Program-made: the position numbers and the translations under genes
Shown: positions 28,890 to 32,000 of the stretch, piece after piece
How positions within the stretch are numbered: position 1 is the first letter of the stretch
Layout: each line of letters starts with the position of its first letter
Assembly (NCBI RefSeq): GCF_000007185.1
Contig: NC_003551.1
Span: 210,001-242,000, forward strand
Length of the DNA: 32,000 bases
Source of the DNA: Methanopyrus kandleri AV19
Lineage (GTDB): Archaea; JAADCQ01; Methanopyri; Methanopyrales; Methanopyraceae
Reading direction: 5' to 3'
Notes under the pieces: model-generated
Told to the model about the DNA's origin: nothing
Databases searched by the model: none
Seen by the model: the letters and a program-made list of their open reading frames with translations, nothing else

Positions 28890-28941
28890 CCCCATCCCCC
28901 ACCCCCTGGGCTTTCGCCCTTCGGGGGCGGGGTCATCGGGG
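28890..28941 (-). promoter_or_regulatory. Archaeal SECIS element in the hdrA 3' UTR
   Basis: Minus-strand RNA: CCCC-GAUGA-CCCCGCCCCC-GAA-GGGC-GAAA-GCCC-A-GGGGGUGGGG(G)-AU-GGGG. It folds into a 10-bp GC helix (one G.U), an internal loop with GAA on the 5' side and A on the 3' side, a short GC helix and a small apical loop. It starts 24 nt after the hdrA stop. Confidence 0.85.
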
Positions 28942-28964
28942 ACTCGTGATCTTGAGGCCTTCCG

Positions 28965-30974
28965 TTACTCCTCCTCTTCCTCCTCGAGTGCTTCCGCCAG
29001 CAGCGCCTCGATCTGTGGCATCAGCTGCTCGTCCCGGTAGTAGCGTAGCTGCATTGCACCGCTCGGGCACGCGGCGGCGCACTGTCCGCAGCCCTGGCAG
29101 GCCACGTCCTGCACCTCGGCGACCCTCTTACCGTCCTTCTCCACCATTTCGATGGCGTCGAACGGACACACCTGCGCGCACGCTCCGCAGCCGCCGCAGA
29201 CGTCCTCGTCCACGGTCGCGGTGATCAGCTCGATCTCGACCTTACCCTGGGACATCGGGATGCTGGCCTCGCTGGCGGCACCCTTCGCCTGGGCCACAGT
29301 GTCCGGGATGTCCTTCGGACCCTGAGCTACACCGGCGATCTGGACGCCGCGGACCTTCGTGCTGACCGGCTCTAGCTTCGGGTGTAGCTCCTTGAAGAAC
29401 CCGTCCGGCGACCTGTCGATGCCCAGGATGTCGGCGAGCTTGGAGTACGTCTCCTCCGGCGCCACTAGACCGCAGCCCAGCACCACGAGGTCCGCCTCGA
29501 TCTCCATCGGCTCGCCGGTGAGCGTGTCCTCGACGCGCACGATGAGGTTCTTGGTCTCCGGGTCTTCGACGATCTCGGCCGGTCTACCTCGGATGAAGCG
29601 CACACCGAACTGCTTCTGGGCACGCTCGTAGTACTCCTCGTAACCCTTACCGAACGCCCGCACGTCCATGTAGCAGCAGTAGACCTCCGCGTCCGGCTCG
29701 TGCTGCTTGATCAGCTGCGCGTTCTTGAGGATGAACATACAGCAGATCCTGCTGCAGTACGCCTCACCCTTCTCCTCCTTGCCCGGGCACCGCGATCCGA
29801 CACAGTGGATGAACACGATCCTGTGCGGCTCCTTGCCGTCGCTCGGTCGGATCACGTGACCCTCCGTCGGACCGGCGGGGTTGATCATCCGCTCCAGCTC
29901 CAGCGTGGTGATCACGTTGTCGTACTTACCGTAGCCGTACTCCTCGAGCTTGCTCGCGTCGAACTCCTCGTAACCGGTCGCCACGATGATCGTGCCGACC
30001 TTCAGCCTGATTTCCTCCGGCTCCTGGTCGAAGTCTATCGCCGGCGGGTCCTGTGGGCACGCCTCCTCGCACAGGCCGCACTGGATGCAGTGCTCCATGT
30101 CGATCGTGTACACCAACGGCATCGCCTGCGGGAACGGCACGTAGATCGCCTTCCTGGTGCCGATTCCCAGATCGAACTCGTTGGGCACCTCGATCGGACA
30201 GACCTCGGCGCAGACTCCGCAGCCCGTGCACGCGTCCTCGTCCACGTACCGCGGCTTCTTCTCGATCGTTACCTCGAAGTTACCGATGTAGCCGTCCACG
30301 TCCTTGACCTCGGCGTAAGTGATCATCTCGATGTTCGGGTGGTTACCCACCTGCACCATCTTCGGAGCCAGGATTCACATGGCGCAGTCGTCGGTCGGGA
30401 ACGTCTTCGCCAGCCGTGCCATGTTGCCTCCGATCGTCGGCTCCTTCTCCACCAGGTACACCTTGAAGCCCTGATCCGCGAGGTCCAGGGCCGCCTGGAT
30501 CCCGGCGATACCACCACCGATGATGAGAACGCTGTTCTCGACCTCCACCTCCTTCGTCGGCACGTCCTCGAGCCGCTTAGCACGCTCCACTGCCGCCCGA
30601 ATTAGGTCCTTGGCCTTCTCCGTGGCCTTCTCCGGCTCCTGCATGTGCACGAACGAGCAGTGCTCTCGGATGTTTACCATCTCCATGTAGTATGGCGACA
30701 ATCCGGCCTCCTTGACGCAGTTCCTGAACGTGTTCTCGTGGATCTTCGGCGTACAAGCTGCCACGACTACTCGGTCGAGGTCGTGTTCCTTGATGGCTTC
30801 CTGGATGATCTCCTGACCCGGATCGGCGCAGAAGAACGGGTAATCCGTCGCGTACACGACGCCGGGCAGTTTCTTGGCGTACTCAACGACCTCTTCGACG
30901 TCGACGGACGCCTTGATGTTCACACCGCAGTGGCACACGAACACGCCTATCCTGACGTCGTCCTTGTCGCCCAC
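28965..30974 (-). CDS. hdrA: Heterodisulfide reductase subunit A, selenocysteine-containing (single gene spanning two track ORFs)
   Basis: ORFs 30375..30974 and 28965..30359 share a frame. Read-through of TGA at 30375-30377 gives [26 protein letters not shown] motif [14 protein letters not shown]. Four ferredoxin-type clusters ([48 protein letters not shown]). SECIS in the 3' UTR. GTG start 30974 after GGGGTGA. Confidence 0.93.
30375..30377 (-). other. hdrA: UGA selenocysteine codon of hdrA
   Basis: Plus-strand TCA equals minus-strand TGA, in frame between ...DDCAM and ILAPK... Confidence 0.88.
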
Positions 30975-31026
30975 TGGTTCTCACCCCCTATGCCGTTGTG
31001 GCCACGCCCGGTCACACGATGTCCGA

Positions 31027-31034
31027 GTTATAAG
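31027..31034 (-). promoter_or_regulatory. TATA-like box upstream of hdrA
   Basis: Minus-sense AACGCTTATAACTCGG, about 55-60 nt upstream of GTG 30974. It resembles the ACG..TAT.ATAAC pattern of the 21-mer element and of the tuf promoter. Confidence 0.45.
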
Positions 31035-31088
31035 CGTTGGGATATTGGAGGCGGAAATCGGGGAGATTGGAGGGGAGACACAAGGGCG

Positions 31089-31865
31089 TTAGAGCTGAAG
31101 TCCGGGGAAACACTTCGAGAGTAGCATACAGAAGATATCGGAGGCGTACTTGGTCAGGTTGTTCACCATGTTGTCCAGCTCGCTTTTGGCGCTCTCGTAG
31201 GCGCTCTTCTCGTTGCCACTGGCGCTCTTAAGGGCATTTTCTACACGATCATATAACATTGCTATCGGGCCGAACGATTTGATCGCCTCCTTCAAGTTCA
31301 CCTGAAGCTCCGCCGTCACCGCGCTCAGTAGCTGCATCAACGTCGCGTTCGGGCCGATGAACTGGACCAGCATCAGATGGAACTCGTTCAGCGGCTTCTG
31401 GAAGGATTCCTCGTGTAGTTTCTGGTTCACTACCGCCTTGACCGCTGACAGTACTACGGCGAACACTATGTCCTCGGGTCGTGGCTCATGGTAGGCTTGA
31501 CCGCGGAGGCAATCGATCACCGCAGCCACACCATTGCTCAACGCGTCACACAGCGACTGCGTCAAGCCGCTGGCCAAGCTGTAGTACTCGGGTGGTATCG
31601 TCGTAGTGACGTTGGCGGATCCCGTCGTGGAGGTTGACTTTGTTTCATCCGTTCCGATCGTGAGCGGTACACCGACGACGCTGACACCCACATCTGAGCC
31701 TGCATCTGCGCCTGCAGACGGCTTGACGGTCGCTGTAGGCGCCGTTTCAGTGGTCGCCGACGTCTGGAGTTCCGCCGCTGAGGCTATCGGGATCACTACC
31801 ATCGCTACTAGGAGGGTCGCGATGGCGCTAGCACGCATACGATCATCCCTGAGCGTAACAGGCAC
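31089..31865 (-). CDS. Secreted hypothetical protein (signal peptide, Thr/Ser/Ala-rich linker, helical C-terminal domain)
   Basis: N-terminus [21 protein letters not shown] (from the second Met, at 31838), followed by a T/S/A/G-rich low-complexity segment. Lower GC than the window average. No family recognised. Confidence 0.5.
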
Positions 31866-31872
31866 GTTACCG

Positions 31873-31880
31873 TTTTAAAA
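31873..31880 (+). promoter_or_regulatory. TATA box upstream of rpl10e
   Basis: GTTACCGTTTTAAAATC; the TTTTAAAA is 34 nt upstream of ATG 31914. Confidence 0.5.
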
Positions 31881-31913
31881 TCTCTACGAAGCGGGTGGCG
31901 GGGGTGGGTAGCG

Positions 31914-32000
31914 ATGGTGAACCGTCCGGCCCGGATCTACCGGGAGTGGAAGGGTCCGGCGTACACGCGAAGGGAATACATCAAGGGAGTCCCGGACCCA
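31914..32000 (+). CDS. rpl10e: 50S ribosomal protein L10e (uL16), 5' fragment running off the window
   Basis: ATG 31914 translates to [29 protein letters not shown], the conserved archaeal L10e N-terminus (RPAR.YR...GP.YTR.EYI.GVP). Absent from the ORF track because it is truncated by the window edge. Confidence 0.8.

Noticed and set aside
28775-28936. N-terminal 54-codon extension of the oxidoreductase ORF (track start 28936), and the plus-strand ORF 28775..29224.
   Set aside because: The extension reads through the hdrA SECIS and the 21-mer element, giving a Pro/Gly/Arg-rich non-protein-like sequence ahead of the Rossmann GxGxxG. TTG 28774 with an SD is a better start. The plus-strand ORF is Arg/Pro/Ser-rich antisense noise over hdrA.

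Overview
High-GC (about 60%) archaeal chromosome segment. The gene content includes SepCysS, HdrA with an in-frame UGA plus an archaeal SECIS, HypC/HypD, an F420-dependent NADP reductase, GatA, archease and archaeal EF-1alpha/S10/L10e. This content, the very acidic proteins and the frequent GTG/TTG starts point to a hyperthermophilic, selenocysteine-using methanogen. From memory it resembles Methanopyrus kandleri, which I cannot verify here. I support about 30 protein genes. Most other ORF-track entries are GC-driven antisense or alternate-frame artefacts (Arg/Ser/Pro/Gly-rich, basic). I found no CRISPR array, IS element, rRNA or tRNA. I do not see a clear new multi-gene system such as a defence island. 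The least explained DNA is the 0.84-kb gene-free interval at 16689-17526. It holds an AT-rich patch with three families of short repeats, then a coding-like frame broken by one in-frame TGA. Other points worth a second look: (a) a promoter-like, near-palindromic 21-25 nt element present three times, two copies identical; one copy abuts the hdrA SECIS and one abuts the rps10 3' end. (b) A chain of two large surface-anchored proteins and purA with forced overlaps of 55 and 109 nt. (c) A C/D-box sRNA candidate. (d) A membrane gene that is compositionally chimeric. (e) A divergent MraY-like transferase/flippase pair. (f) A helicase / PAPS-reductase-like / radical-SAM neighbourhood. All functional calls rest on motifs read by eye and remembered family signatures; no searches were run.
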